The position numbers and the translations under genes were made by a program. DNA of 52,355 nucleotides from an uncultured Polynucleobacter sp. (GTDB lineage Bacteria; Pseudomonadota; Gammaproteobacteria; Burkholderiales; Burkholderiaceae), in the NCBI GenBank assembly GCA_937996825.1, contig CALKUJ010000337.1:1-52355 (forward strand), written 5' to 3'. Position 1 is the first letter of the stretch. Every line of letters begins with the position of its first letter. A model generated the notes under the pieces. It saw only the letters and a program-made list of their open reading frames with translations, was not told the DNA's origin and searched no databases. Positions 1 through 10,038 of this stretch are shown here, in pieces.

Positions 1-365
1 TCACCAACGTCATACCGAATTTGCATACGATCACGAATCTGTTTCGTCAGACTCAGATCTTCTTCAGCCGCTTTTTGCTCGGCTTCAATTTTGGCTAACA
101 TAGCTAAAAGCTCGGCGTGTGATTTTGGTTGGCTAGGCAAAAATGCTGCCATTTCTTCAGGCGCCGCTTCAGGCAAGCCTGCTCTTAGCGCTTTTAATTC
201 TTGTCTAACAACTTGAAATGCGTCGAGAAGTCTTTTTTGCTCTGCTTGTTCACTGCCTTCAGAAATCAAATAATGCTTCACATCCATTGCGGATGGGGCA
301 ATCCTCAGGGCACGACCTATCGCAATACCATTCGTAACCGGAATACCATGAAGCGTAAAAGACAA
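1..365 (-). CDS. ptsI: Phosphoenolpyruvate-protein phosphotransferase (PTS enzyme I), N-terminal part; runs off the window edge
   Basis: Manual translation from TTG at 365 gives MSFTLHGIPVTNGIAIGRA..., typical of the EI N-terminus; lies directly downstream of ptsH. Not in the ORF track. Confidence 0.88.
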   Translation of the reverse strand, partial: MSFTLHGIPVTNGIAIGRALRIAPSAMDVKHYLISEGSEQAEQKRLLDAFQVVRQELKALRAGLPEAAPEEMAAFLPSQPKSHAELLAMLAKIEAEQKAAEEDLSLTKQIRDRMQIRYDVG

Positions 366-366
366 A

Positions 367-636
367 TTACTGACCTTCCCCAAAACGATCATTGATGAGT
401 GTTTGAATGGCATCAAATGCTTCTTGCGCTTGATCACCTTCAGTCTCAAGGGTCACAACACTTCCCATACCAGCGGCCAACATCATCACACCCATGATAC
501 TTTTTGCATTAACTCTTCTACCACCCTTGCTTAGAAATATTTCACAAGGGAACTGCCCCGCCAGCTGAGTTAATTTAGCTGAGGCACGCGCATGCAATCC
601 AAGTTTGTTGATGATATTAATTTCTGCACTTGGCAT
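367..636 (-). CDS. ptsH: Phosphocarrier protein HPr/NPr
   Basis: GLHARAS (His15) and NAKSIMGVM (Ser46) motifs; 89 aa. Confidence 0.97.
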   Translation of the reverse strand: MPSAEINIINKLGLHARASAKLTQLAGQFPCEIFLSKGGRRVNAKSIMGVMMLAAGMGSVVTLETEGDQAQEAFDAIQTLINDRFGEGQ

Positions 637-638
637 TC

Positions 639-1079
639 TTAATCCTTAACTTTCATTTGTTTATTGTCATCAGTATGAGTGAGGTGACCAATCGGAATAA
701 TCCCTTGTTGGCCACCGTGCATGGCTTTTTGAGAAGCAGAATCTAAAGGTTCTGCTCGGTAAGCAATGGCGCGCATCAACATGGGCAAATTAACCCCTGC
801 AATCACTCTGACGCGCCCATCAAACTCTGGCAGATGAGCCAAACGATTGGCAACGTTGGCTGGGGTAGCACCCATGATGTCTGTGAGCACCAAAAGCCCC
901 CTATCAGAAATAACTGAATGAGCAGCCTCAACTGTGCGCTCCAAGGTCACTTTGGCATCTTCGTGCGCCATGACATCCAAGGCCTCGAGACGATCAGGGA
1001 CTTCACCAAATACATGACGAGTAAATTCTTGTAAGGCAGATGCCAAAGGTGCATGAGCGATGATTAAAATTCCGGCCAT
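639..1079 (-). CDS. PTS EIIA component, mannose/fructose family
   Basis: ILIIAH phospho-His motif; LTDIMGATP and GVNLPML motifs; located between gshB and ptsH. Confidence 0.92.
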   Translation of the reverse strand: MAGILIIAHAPLASALQEFTRHVFGEVPDRLEALDVMAHEDAKVTLERTVEAAHSVISDRGLLVLTDIMGATPANVANRLAHLPEFDGRVRVIAGVNLPMLMRAIAYRAEPLDSASQKAMHGGQQGIIPIGHLTHTDDNKQMKVKD

Positions 1080-2024
1080 TTAATGAATCTGTTTCTCTAA
1101 ACTAGTTAACCACTGCAATGCCACATCATGACCTGTTTGTTCTGTAATTTCAACAAAGCAAGTTGGGCTTGTGACATTTATTTCTGTTAAAAATCCGCCA
1201 ATAAAATCTAGGCCCACTAGGTGCAAGCCCCTCGACGCCAACTGTGGAGCAAGCTCTTGCGCAATCTTCAACTCTTGTTGAGTGACAGGCTGAGCAACCC
1301 CCTTACCACCTGATGCTAGATTACCTCTCACTTCACCATCTTGAGGAATACGAGCCAAACCGAAAGGAACCACTTCGCCACCAATTAACAATACCCGTTT
1401 ATCGCCAGCAGCTATTTCGGGCAGGAACTTTTGCACCATCAGGGCTCGCTGACCATTGCACCCAAGAGTTTCAACGATGCTGGCTAAATTAAGTCCATTA
1501 TCTTGAACTCGAAAAATCCCTTGGCCGCCCATGCCATCCAAAGGTTTGATGATCACATCTCGATGAAGTTGATGAAACGCTTTGATATCAGCCAAGTCAT
1601 GACTAACCATGGTCGGAGGCGCAAACTTCATGAACTCTAGAAGAGCTAATTTTTCAGAGTGATTTCTTAAAGCATCAGGGGCGTTGAATACCTTTGCTCC
1701 CTCTAGGCATGCTTGCGATAAAAACCAAGTGGCTGTGACATATGCCGAATCAAAAGGAGGATCTTTCCTCATGATGATGGCATCAAATTCAGAAAGCTTT
1801 TTTGCCTGAGCTCTAACTTCTTTGAACCAAGAACCCTCATAAGTTGTTATCTCAATCTGCTTGCAATCTGCTCGAACAAAAGAGTCGATACTTTTTAGAT
1901 CATGAATATGACAGTGCCAAACTTCATGACCTCGCTGTTGCGAAGCCTTCATCATCGCCAAAGTACTGTCTTTTTTAACGACGAAACTATTCAGAGGATC
2001 AGCAATAAAGAGAAGCTTCTTCAT
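1080..2024 (-). CDS. gshB: Glutathione synthetase
   Basis: KKDST, MRKDPP, KPLDGMGG, GDKR, RGNLA and EINVTSPT motifs. Confidence 0.97.
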   Translation of the reverse strand: MKKLLFIADPLNSFVVKKDSTLAMMKASQQRGHEVWHCHIHDLKSIDSFVRADCKQIEITTYEGSWFKEVRAQAKKLSEFDAIIMRKDPPFDSAYVTATWFLSQACLEGAKVFNAPDALRNHSEKLALLEFMKFAPPTMVSHDLADIKAFHQLHRDVIIKPLDGMGGQGIFRVQDNGLNLASIVETLGCNGQRALMVQKFLPEIAAGDKRVLLIGGEVVPFGLARIPQDGEVRGNLASGGKGVAQPVTQQELKIAQELAPQLASRGLHLVGLDFIGGFLTEINVTSPTCFVEITEQTGHDVALQWLTSLEKQIH

Positions 2025-2028
2025 CTGA

Positions 2029-3321
2029 TTATTCTGCCTCTGGATCAGTGCGCTCTAATTCTAAAGATGCTGCCAATAAGGCAAGCCTTGCAACTACGCC
2101 ATAGAGATAAAAACGATTTGGTACCGCAATACCTGGCTTTGCTGCAACATCAGGGATCGCATTGTGCTCAAATGCAAGCGGCACAAAATGCATGCCTGGA
2201 GCATTCAGATTTTCGTCAACGCCACGGCTGGTATGAACTCTATAGAAACCACCAACCACGTAACGATCCATCATGTAGACCACAGGCTCAGCAACGGCTT
2301 CATTGATTTTTTCAAAGGTATAGACACCTTCTTGAACCAAGACATCAGCAACTTCTAAGCCCTCTTTGATGACGCTCATTTTGTTACGTTCTTTGCGGTT
2401 CAAATCTTTGACTTCGCTGGCATCTTTAACGGTCATGATGCCCATGCCATAAGTTCCAGCATCCGCTTTCACAATGACGTATGGTTTTTCTTTGATGCCG
2501 TATTCTTTGTATTTACGCGCAATCTTTTTCAGGATTGCGTCAACGCTTTCTTGCAAGCAATCTTCACCGATGCGCTCATGAAAGTTAACTCCAGAACACT
2601 TCGTGAAAAATGGATTGATCATCCAAGGATCAATATCAATCACCTTAGAAAACTTTTTAGCCACATCATCATAGGCATCAAAGTGATTTGATTTACGACG
2701 CACTGCCCAACCAGCATGTAATGGTGGCAGCAAATATTGCTCATAAAGATTTTCTAAGATCTTTGGGATACCGCCGGATAAATCATTATTCAGAAGAATG
2801 GTGCAAGGATCAAAATCCTTAAGGCCTAATCGACGACCTTTCATACCAATTCTGGCCAATGGCTCTAAAACCAATCTTTGACCATCTGGTAAATCGATGG
2901 GTGTTGGTTTTGTTATCTCTTCTGACAAACTTCCCAAGCGAACGTTCAAACCAGTTTGTCTCAATATTGAAGCCAAGCGTGCGACGTTTTGCAAATAAAA
3001 CACATTTCGTGTGTGACGCTCGGGTATCAATAGTAAATTTTTTGCGTCTGGGCAAATTTTCTCAATCGAAGCCATCGATGCCTGAACGGCCAAAGGCATC
3101 ATTTCTGGAGATAGGTTATTGAACCCTCCAGGGAATAAATTTGTGTCAACAGGAGCAAGCTTAAAACCCGCATTGCGCAGATCAACTGAACAATAAAAAG
3201 GTGGCGTGTGCTCTTGCCACTCCAGCCTGAACCATCGCTCAATGGCAGGTGTGGCTTCTAAAACTTTGCTTTCTAATTCAAGCAAAGGACCATTTAGGGC
3301 AGTAATAAGATGAGGAACCAT
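2029..3321 (-). CDS. gshA: Glutamate-cysteine ligase (betaproteobacterial GshA type)
   Basis: PFYCSVDLRNAGFKLAPVDTNLFPGGFNNL and KADAGTYGMG motifs; adjacent to gshB. Confidence 0.95.
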   Translation of the reverse strand: MVPHLITALNGPLLELESKVLEATPAIERWFRLEWQEHTPPFYCSVDLRNAGFKLAPVDTNLFPGGFNNLSPEMMPLAVQASMASIEKICPDAKNLLLIPERHTRNVFYLQNVARLASILRQTGLNVRLGSLSEEITKPTPIDLPDGQRLVLEPLARIGMKGRRLGLKDFDPCTILLNNDLSGGIPKILENLYEQYLLPPLHAGWAVRRKSNHFDAYDDVAKKFSKVIDIDPWMINPFFTKCSGVNFHERIGEDCLQESVDAILKKIARKYKEYGIKEKPYVIVKADAGTYGMGIMTVKDASEVKDLNRKERNKMSVIKEGLEVADVLVQEGVYTFEKINEAVAEPVVYMMDRYVVGGFYRVHTSRGVDENLNAPGMHFVPLAFEHNAIPDVAAKPGIAVPNRFYLYGVVARLALLAASLELERTDPEAE

Positions 3322-3341
3322 GTTGTCATTCTAAGACAGAT

Positions 3342-3383
3342 AAAAAAAGAGCGGGTTCTAATTAAAGAAACCGCTCTTTAAAA
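3342..3383 (-). terminator. Intrinsic terminator of the glnK-amtB operon (possibly bidirectional)
   Basis: AAAGAGCGG...CCGCTCTTT stem followed by a U7 run on the minus strand. Confidence 0.8.
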
Positions 3384-3450
3384 GCCCCCCAGTCACAGAT
3401 CTACCAGGGGATGTTTACTTCACATTTCACACAGATTTACTACCAAATCA

Positions 3451-4938
3451 TTAACTTTCGTACGCTGTTTCGCCGTGTGAAGTAATGTCTAAACCTTCAC
3501 GCTCAGCATCTTCAGGTACACGCAAACCAATGACCACATCAACTAGTTTGTAGGCAATGAATGAAACCACGCCTGACCAAACAACCGTTGTTAATACAGC
3601 CTTGGCTTGAACCCATACTTGTCCTACGATTGAGTAGTCAGCTGCAACAGCGTTGGCTACGTAGTCGTAGATGCCTGTGCCACCCAATGCTGGGGCTGCA
3701 AACACGCCTGTTAAAAGCGCACCCACAATACCACCCACACCGTGAACACCAAACACGTCCAAGCTATCGTCAGCACCTAACATGCGCTTCAATCCAGTAA
3801 CACCCCACAAGCATAGGAAGCCTGAGATCAAACCGATGATGATGGCGCCCATTGGGCCAACAAAGCCTGCTGCTGGAGTAACTGCAACCAAACCGGCCAC
3901 TGCACCAGATGCTGCACCCAACATTGATGGCTTGCCTTTGCCCATCCACTCACCCAAAGACCAAGTCAACACAGCTGCTGATGTTGCTAAGAATGTATTA
4001 GCAAACGCCATTGCTGCACCACCTGATGCCTCTAGTGCTGAACCTGCGTTGAAGCCAAACCAACCAAACCACAATAGTGATGCACCAACCATGGTCAAAG
4101 TTAAGCTATGTGGCTTCATGGCTTCTTTGCCGAAACCAATACGCTTACCGATCACATAAGCACCAACCAAACCAGCTACAGCGGCATTGATATGCACCAC
4201 TGTGCCGCCAGCGAAGTCTAATGCGCCCATTTGGAACAACCAACCAGAAGCTGCTGTTGCTGCTTCACCTGCGGCTGCATCTGTATAAGCATCAGGACCT
4301 GGCCAGAACCAAACCATGTGAGCGATTGGTAGATAGCTGAATGTGAACCATAGAACAATGAACAACAATACAGCTGAGAACTTTGCACGCTCTGCGAACG
4401 CACCAATGATCAAGCAGCAAGTAATCGTTGCGAATGCGCCTTGGAATGAGAAGAATGAAAACTCCGGAATCACAACACCTTTACTGAATGTCGCGCCCAT
4501 TGATTCTGGTGTTAAACCAGCCAAGAAGAGTCGATCAAATCCACCAAAGAAAGCGTTACCTGGTGTGAAGGCAATACTGTAGCCATACACTGCCCAAAGA
4601 ACAGCCACCAATGAGAAGATGACCATACACTGCATCAACACAGACAACATGTTTTTGCTACGCACTAAGCCACCGTAGAAAAGACCCAAACCTGGCAATG
4701 TCATCAATACCACCAAAGCAGTACAGATCATGATCCAAGCTGTGTCACCTTTGTTTGCAACTGGTGCTGGAGCGGCCGGAGCAGCTGGAGCAGCACTTGC
4801 AGCAGCAGTAGCTGGAGCTGTCACTGCTGGCTTAGCATCATCTTTAGCAAATGCTGGAGATGAAACTGCCATCGTGACTGATCCCAATGCCAACGCTGTT
4901 GCACCAGCTGCGAGTAGACGTTTAATCCAATGTGTCAT
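3451..4938 (-). CDS. amtB: Ammonium transporter
   Basis: DFAGGTVVH, LWFGWFGFNAGS and DDSLDVFGVHG motifs; signal peptide; follows glnK. Confidence 0.97.
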   Translation of the reverse strand: MTHWIKRLLAAGATALALGSVTMAVSSPAFAKDDAKPAVTAPATAAASAAPAAPAAPAPVANKGDTAWIMICTALVVLMTLPGLGLFYGGLVRSKNMLSVLMQCMVIFSLVAVLWAVYGYSIAFTPGNAFFGGFDRLFLAGLTPESMGATFSKGVVIPEFSFFSFQGAFATITCCLIIGAFAERAKFSAVLLFIVLWFTFSYLPIAHMVWFWPGPDAYTDAAAGEAATAASGWLFQMGALDFAGGTVVHINAAVAGLVGAYVIGKRIGFGKEAMKPHSLTLTMVGASLLWFGWFGFNAGSALEASGGAAMAFANTFLATSAAVLTWSLGEWMGKGKPSMLGAASGAVAGLVAVTPAAGFVGPMGAIIIGLISGFLCLWGVTGLKRMLGADDSLDVFGVHGVGGIVGALLTGVFAAPALGGTGIYDYVANAVAADYSIVGQVWVQAKAVLTTVVWSGVVSFIAYKLVDVVIGLRVPEDAEREGLDITSHGETAYES

Positions 4939-4952
4939 TTTGATACCTCGCT

Positions 4953-5315
<363 letters not shown>

Positions 5316-6125
5316 TTAGAAAGCTTTGGTTAGAGATAAAACGAACGCATCTTTATAGAGCGCCTTTGTACCGCTAGTAGCATAAGCTTTTGTACCAGCA
5401 CTCATATTATTGGTGTGGTACTTGCCGCTAATAATCACGCCATCCATGTCATAAGTTAGGCCTACGTAATAATCAGAATAAGAAAACTTACCATCAGTTT
5501 TGTAATCAGATGCTGACTCTTTATAGTCCGTATAACCTGCATGAGCTACAACAGATAGCTTCGGCGCCACTTCTTGTGTCAAAGTTAAATCGTAGTAAGT
5601 TGTTCCTCTCGCGCTTTTATTAGAAGCTGTCGATGCGAAATAATTGTCACCAATAACGTAGTTGACTTTAAACAAAGCAGGGCCATAAGTTACGCCCACA
5701 TAAACTTCCTCAGTATTAGCTAAATAATTTGTGTTATTACTCTTACCTTTATTAGATCCAGGATAGTAGTAAGCAATCGCGCCTACATCAAAAGTAACTC
5801 CTGAAATTTCTTTTTTAAATCCACCGTAAAAATCAACCTCAAGATTGTCACCTTTTGGACCAGCTGCCCAGTCAGAAACTTGTGAAGCCCATGTTCCTAA
5901 ATAAAAACCTTCCTTGAATGCCACATCCACACCACCCTGCAAAGCAGGATTTTTATTATTCTGTGAAATGCCACGGAAACGATAGTCACTGGTAACACCA
6001 ATATTCGGCGTAATCGTTACGCTTGGGATTTCAGCTGGCGCAGCTGTTTGTGCCAACACAGTGCCAGAAGTTAAAGTTGCAGCAGCTGCCAAAGCGATCG
6101 CTGAGAGAGTTAAGTAAGTTTTCAT
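5316..6125 (-). CDS. TorF-family putative outer-membrane porin (TIGR02001-like)
   Basis: Signal peptide, SDYRFRGISQ...PALQGG motif and terminal Phe; start moved to ATG 6125 because GGAG precedes it. Confidence 0.88.
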   Translation of the reverse strand: MKTYLTLSAIALAAAATLTSGTVLAQTAAPAEIPSVTITPNIGVTSDYRFRGISQNNKNPALQGGVDVAFKEGFYLGTWASQVSDWAAGPKGDNLEVDFYGGFKKEISGVTFDVGAIAYYYPGSNKGKSNNTNYLANTEEVYVGVTYGPALFKVNYVIGDNYFASTASNKSARGTTYYDLTLTQEVAPKLSVVAHAGYTDYKESASDYKTDGKFSYSDYYVGLTYDMDGVIISGKYHTNNMSAGTKAYATSGTKALYKDAFVLSLTKAF

Positions 6126-6176
6126 ATGTTGCACTCCTAATAAACAATCCAAGGGAAATTCCTTGCTAAGTTATTA

Positions 6177-6193
6177 AGCAAAAGCTGTGCCAG
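6177..6193 (-). promoter_or_regulatory. Sigma54 -24/-12 promoter of the torF-like-glnK-amtB operon
   Basis: Minus strand CTGGCACAGCTTTTGCT matches TGGCAC-N5-TTGC exactly. Confidence 0.92.
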
Positions 6194-6264
6194 TTCTATT
6201 TAATTCAATAAAAACAATGGTTTAATTGGCTTATTGCCTCATTGCTTGAGTGTAATCAAATCAG

Positions 6265-6318
6265 TGCACCATTTAAGTATGCATGATATGCACCAAAATG
6301 AAGCACCGTATTGGTGCA
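6265..6318. promoter_or_regulatory. NtrC upstream activator sites (about three, partly overlapping)
   Basis: TGCACCATTTAAGTATG, TGCACCAAAATGAAGCA and AGCACCGTATTGGTGCA resemble TGCACC-N4-TGGTGCA; 70-125 bp upstream of the sigma54 site. Confidence 0.85.
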
Positions 6319-6376
6319 TGGCATACTCATATCTTTGGTAAAAAGATACTATTGAAGAAATACCTTTGGAGACCGT

Positions 6377-6628
6377 ATGAAACCGCAAGACATCATGGAA
6401 AAAATGCAGACCATTGCCAATGACATGCAAACCAAAGTTGGCGATGCTATTCGTCAATCACCTGCAAAAGACTTAGAAAAAAATGTTCGCGGCTTAATGA
6501 CCCAAGGATTTCAGAAACTAGATTTGGTCACTCGCGAAGAATTCGATTTGCAGACTCAAGTATTAGCTAAAACTCGTGCCAAATTAGAAGAGCTTGAAGC
6601 CAAGGTCAGCGCTCTAGAAAAAAAGTAA
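6377..6628 (+). CDS. ubiK: Ubiquinone biosynthesis accessory factor UbiK/BMFP
   Basis: LDLVTREEFD..Q..VL..TR.KL..LE motif; divergent from the glnK operon. Confidence 0.9.
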   Translation: MKPQDIMEKMQTIANDMQTKVGDAIRQSPAKDLEKNVRGLMTQGFQKLDLVTREEFDLQTQVLAKTRAKLEELEAKVSALEKK

Positions 6629-6632
6629 TTAC

Positions 6633-7898
6633 TTATTTAGCTGCCAAGTGATGCTTCAAAGGTTTTGGGTAATACAAAAACCAAATAAAAGACATCACTT
6701 GTAGCACTAAGAATACTAAAAAGACTTGGCGAAAAGCATCTGGCTTTGCAAAACCTTGAGCAGTCATCAAGTCAATTCCCCAGCCAATGCTCCATTGGAA
6801 AATAAAAGCTCCAACAAATATCAATAAGTTGTAACTGGTGCTCGCCAAGCCCGCATTACGCGATGGAAATGCTGTGATCACAGTGCTCTGACCCAAAATA
6901 TGTCCTGTAGCAGTGATGGCCAACAAAATCCATAAAATCCAACTCAACTGAATTTGCCAAGTCATCGCAATCAACTGCGCCACCAAACCAATCCCCAACA
7001 AATACTTGATGTAGTTCAGTGTTTGATAACCCTGTCGATTGGCACGTGGAATAAACCAGGCATTAAACGCATAACCCAACAACATCACGCCATTGAATAA
7101 AAACAAAATTTGCGCACTTTCAACCGAGCTATAGCCAAGAACATCCATCATCCATGGACCAATCCAAAGTGTTTGCAATGCCAAAAAGCCACCATGATTG
7201 ATCACACCGATAGGCAACATTCTTAAGAAGAATGGATTAAGAAAAATATCTTTCAAGCCAATCGACTGATGATCATCACTCAAAGGTGCATTATTCACAT
7301 GTGGGTGATCATCAAATTTTGGCAAACCAAAACGTATGCCTATAAAACCAATGAAGACCATCATGGCCATCACCAAGAAGATTCCGCGCCAGCCAATGTA
7401 AGGCAGAGATAACTGAACAGGTACCGTGGTCATCAAAGCGCCTACCGTACCGAACACCAACATTGCCGAAGCAAGTTGCCCTTGCTGCTCTAACGCAAAC
7501 CATCTGCGATAAGCGGTGAAGGCTGCCATGAGACAAGCTGATACGCCCACACCAATCATGAGTCTTCCGATCGACAAACCGAGGAGACTCTCTGCCAAAG
7601 CAAAGGTGATTGTCCCAACCAAGGCGATCAATAACAACACACTCTCGACTCTTCTAACGCCAAATTTATCAAGCGCAATACCCAAAGGTATTTGCATCGC
7701 TGAAAAGCCAATGAAGTAAGCGGCTGATAAAAGACCTAGCTGAGCATTGCTGATTTTTAAATCTGCCATCAACTCTGGAGCAATCACTGCGTTCACCGAA
7801 CGGAACGCATAAGACAAAACATAAGCAAAAGCAAAAAAGATAAAAACCTTGAGTGCCAAAGCACCCTTCATCGGTAAAGCGGGAGTTGGCTGACTCAT
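6633..7898 (-). CDS. MFS transporter
   Basis: About 12 hydrophobic segments; GIALDKFGVRR (motif A). Confidence 0.9.
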   Translation of the reverse strand: MSQPTPALPMKGALALKVFIFFAFAYVLSYAFRSVNAVIAPELMADLKISNAQLGLLSAAYFIGFSAMQIPLGIALDKFGVRRVESVLLLIALVGTITFALAESLLGLSIGRLMIGVGVSACLMAAFTAYRRWFALEQQGQLASAMLVFGTVGALMTTVPVQLSLPYIGWRGIFLVMAMMVFIGFIGIRFGLPKFDDHPHVNNAPLSDDHQSIGLKDIFLNPFFLRMLPIGVINHGGFLALQTLWIGPWMMDVLGYSSVESAQILFLFNGVMLLGYAFNAWFIPRANRQGYQTLNYIKYLLGIGLVAQLIAMTWQIQLSWILWILLAITATGHILGQSTVITAFPSRNAGLASTSYNLLIFVGAFIFQWSIGWGIDLMTAQGFAKPDAFRQVFLVFLVLQVMSFIWFLYYPKPLKHHLAAK

Positions 7899-7904
7899 AG
7901 CGAC

Positions 7905-8507
7905 TTAGTAAGGTTTAAACCCAGAAAAGAACATTTCGTGAGCATCCGTCTGAATCAACTTTTCAAGAGACACATTACCACTGATTGTTTGCAAAAGACT
8001 CTGTTGATAAATTTGTATTTGTCCGTCAGGAAACTGACGTTGAACAATTCTAAATCTCAATAGTCTTCTTTTAGCATCAGGACCATCACCTTGGATCAAG
8101 AACTCTTTAGCACTTAAATCAATGCTGGACTGCCCGGCAGTTTTAATCGTCACAGCCTTTTCAATTGGCTCAGAAGAGTTTTTCAAATTACTTAACATCC
8201 CTGTTTGTAAATATTTTAAAAACCCATTGGTGTCAAATTTTTGACTGATGTCCTTTGGGACATTAATGACCCCAACTGCGTAAAGTGAATTCTCAACCCT
8301 TGATGCTTCAATCGTCATCGTTAACTTTTGACCATCAAACATCACTGCTTTTTCAGCACGGCTAGGCTTACCTGGATAAAGGGCCTCATAGAGCAAATCA
8401 TCAGCACGGACCGTTCTCCAGTCTAAGGTTGGAGAACAAGCAGACACACTCAGCAACAGACCAAGCAAGATGAAGAAATTTCGCAACATGATTTGTTTAA
8501 TTTGCAT
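7905..8507 (-). CDS. Conserved hypothetical lipoprotein
   Basis: Lipobox VSAC followed by SPTLDWR. Confidence 0.7.
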   Translation of the reverse strand: MQIKQIMLRNFFILLGLLLSVSACSPTLDWRTVRADDLLYEALYPGKPSRAEKAVMFDGQKLTMTIEASRVENSLYAVGVINVPKDISQKFDTNGFLKYLQTGMLSNLKNSSEPIEKAVTIKTAGQSSIDLSAKEFLIQGDGPDAKRRLLRFRIVQRQFPDGQIQIYQQSLLQTISGNVSLEKLIQTDAHEMFFSGFKPY

Positions 8508-8518
8508 AAAATAAGATT

Positions 8519-9049
8519 ATGCCCACACAACTTCAATTCAGCAGATTTATGACAATCAAACATCTTTTAGCGGTTGGTCTCATTTCTGTGTTTGGCCTCT
8601 TATCTGGCTGCTCATCAGACACTCAGCAATCTGTACCAACATTCAAGATTTCTGAAATATCCGGTAAAACTTTGACCCAAGCTGATATCGCTGGCAAAGT
8701 CACCGTGATTAATTTTTGGGCAACCAGCTGTGTGACTTGTGTCAAAGAAATGCCTGACTTGGTCAACACCTATGAAAAGTACAAATCACAAGGTTTAGAA
8801 TTCATTGCCCTAGCCATGTCTTATGACCCACCAATGTATGTTGTGAATTTTGCAGAGACTCGCAAACTACCATTCATCGTTGCCATGGATTCAGATGGAA
8901 GTGCAGCGAAGGCATTTGGGAAAATTCAGCTAACCCCAACAACACTGGTGATCAATAAGCAGGGAAAAATCATCAAGCGTTATGTCGGTGAGCCCGAGTG
9001 GAATGACTTCCACAAACTACTAGAAAAGTCTTTGGCAGATAAAAGCTAG
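8519..9049 (+). CDS. TlpA-family thiol-disulfide oxidoreductase lipoprotein
   Basis: Lipobox LSGC; NFWATSCVTCVKEMP CxxC motif. Confidence 0.9.
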   Translation: MPTQLQFSRFMTIKHLLAVGLISVFGLLSGCSSDTQQSVPTFKISEISGKTLTQADIAGKVTVINFWATSCVTCVKEMPDLVNTYEKYKSQGLEFIALAMSYDPPMYVVNFAETRKLPFIVAMDSDGSAAKAFGKIQLTPTTLVINKQGKIIKRYVGEPEWNDFHKLLEKSLADKS

Positions 9050-9084
9050 TTTTTAACTAGCTGCTTACCTGCCAATTGTTTTAA

Positions 9085-10038
9085 TTAAACAACGCCCGCC
9101 TTGTGGGCTTGCTCGTCTGCGTGATAGCTTGATCTGACCATCGCTCCAACCGCTGCATGCGTAAAGCCCATCGCATAGGCCTCTTTTTCAAACATGGCAA
9201 ATGTATCAGGGTGGACATAACGACGCACAGGCAAATGATGTCCTGATGGTGCTAAGTACTGACCAATGGTGAGCATATCGATGTCATGCTCACGCATGTC
9301 TTTCATCACTTCTAAGATTTCCTCATCCGTTTCGCCAAGACCAACCATCAAACCACTCTTGGTTGAAACATGTGGATAGCGTGCTTTAAAGTCTTTTAAC
9401 AACTTCAAAGAATGCATATAGTCTGAACCAGGTCGTGCTTCCTTGTACAAACGTGGCACTGTTTCTAGGTTGTGATTCATCACATCTGGCAAACCATCAT
9501 TGAAGATATCCAAAGCCTTTTCAAGCCTACCCCTGAAATCCGGAACCAATACTTCAATTTTTGTTTGCGGGGATAACTCTTTGGTCTTTGTGATGCAATT
9601 CACAAAGTGTTGAGCACCGCCATCACGAAGATCATCGCGATCCACACTGGTGATCACCACATAAGAAAGTTTCAGTGCTGCAATTGTTTTAGCAAGATTA
9701 TTAGGTTCTTCTAAATCAAGAGGATCTGGTCTTCCATGACCAACATCACAGAATGGGCAGCGACGCGTGCATTTATCACCCATGATCATGAACGTTGCCG
9801 TGCCTTTACCAAAACACTCACCAATATTTGGGCAACTGGCTTCTTCACAAACAGTCACCAATTGATTCTCTCGAAGAATCTTTTTGATCTCATTAAAGCG
9901 AGTGTTGCCAGAGGCGGCCTTCACCCTGATCCAATCAGGTTTTTTTAAAACTTCTTCAATCGGCACAATCTTGATTGGGATGCGCGATGTCTTATCAGCA
10001 GATTTTTGTTTTTGATTTGGATCGTAGGTCTTGGTCAT
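9085..10038 (-). CDS. lipA: Lipoyl synthase
   Basis: [20 protein letters not shown] and VRSSYHA motifs. Confidence 0.98.
   Translation of the reverse strand: MTKTYDPNQKQKSADKTSRIPIKIVPIEEVLKKPDWIRVKAASGNTRFNEIKKILRENQLVTVCEEASCPNIGECFGKGTATFMIMGDKCTRRCPFCDVGHGRPDPLDLEEPNNLAKTIAALKLSYVVITSVDRDDLRDGGAQHFVNCITKTKELSPQTKIEVLVPDFRGRLEKALDIFNDGLPDVMNHNLETVPRLYKEARPGSDYMHSLKLLKDFKARYPHVSTKSGLMVGLGETDEEILEVMKDMREHDIDMLTIGQYLAPSGHHLPVRRYVHPDTFAMFEKEAYAMGFTHAAVGAMVRSSYHADEQAHKAGVV

Noticed and set aside
201-395. 64-aa plus-strand ORF
   Set aside because: It is the antisense shadow of the ptsI N-terminus and ptsH end.
4760-4830. GCT/GCA/GGA-rich quasi-repeat
   Set aside because: It encodes the Ala/Pro linker after the AmtB signal peptide and is not an independent repeat element.
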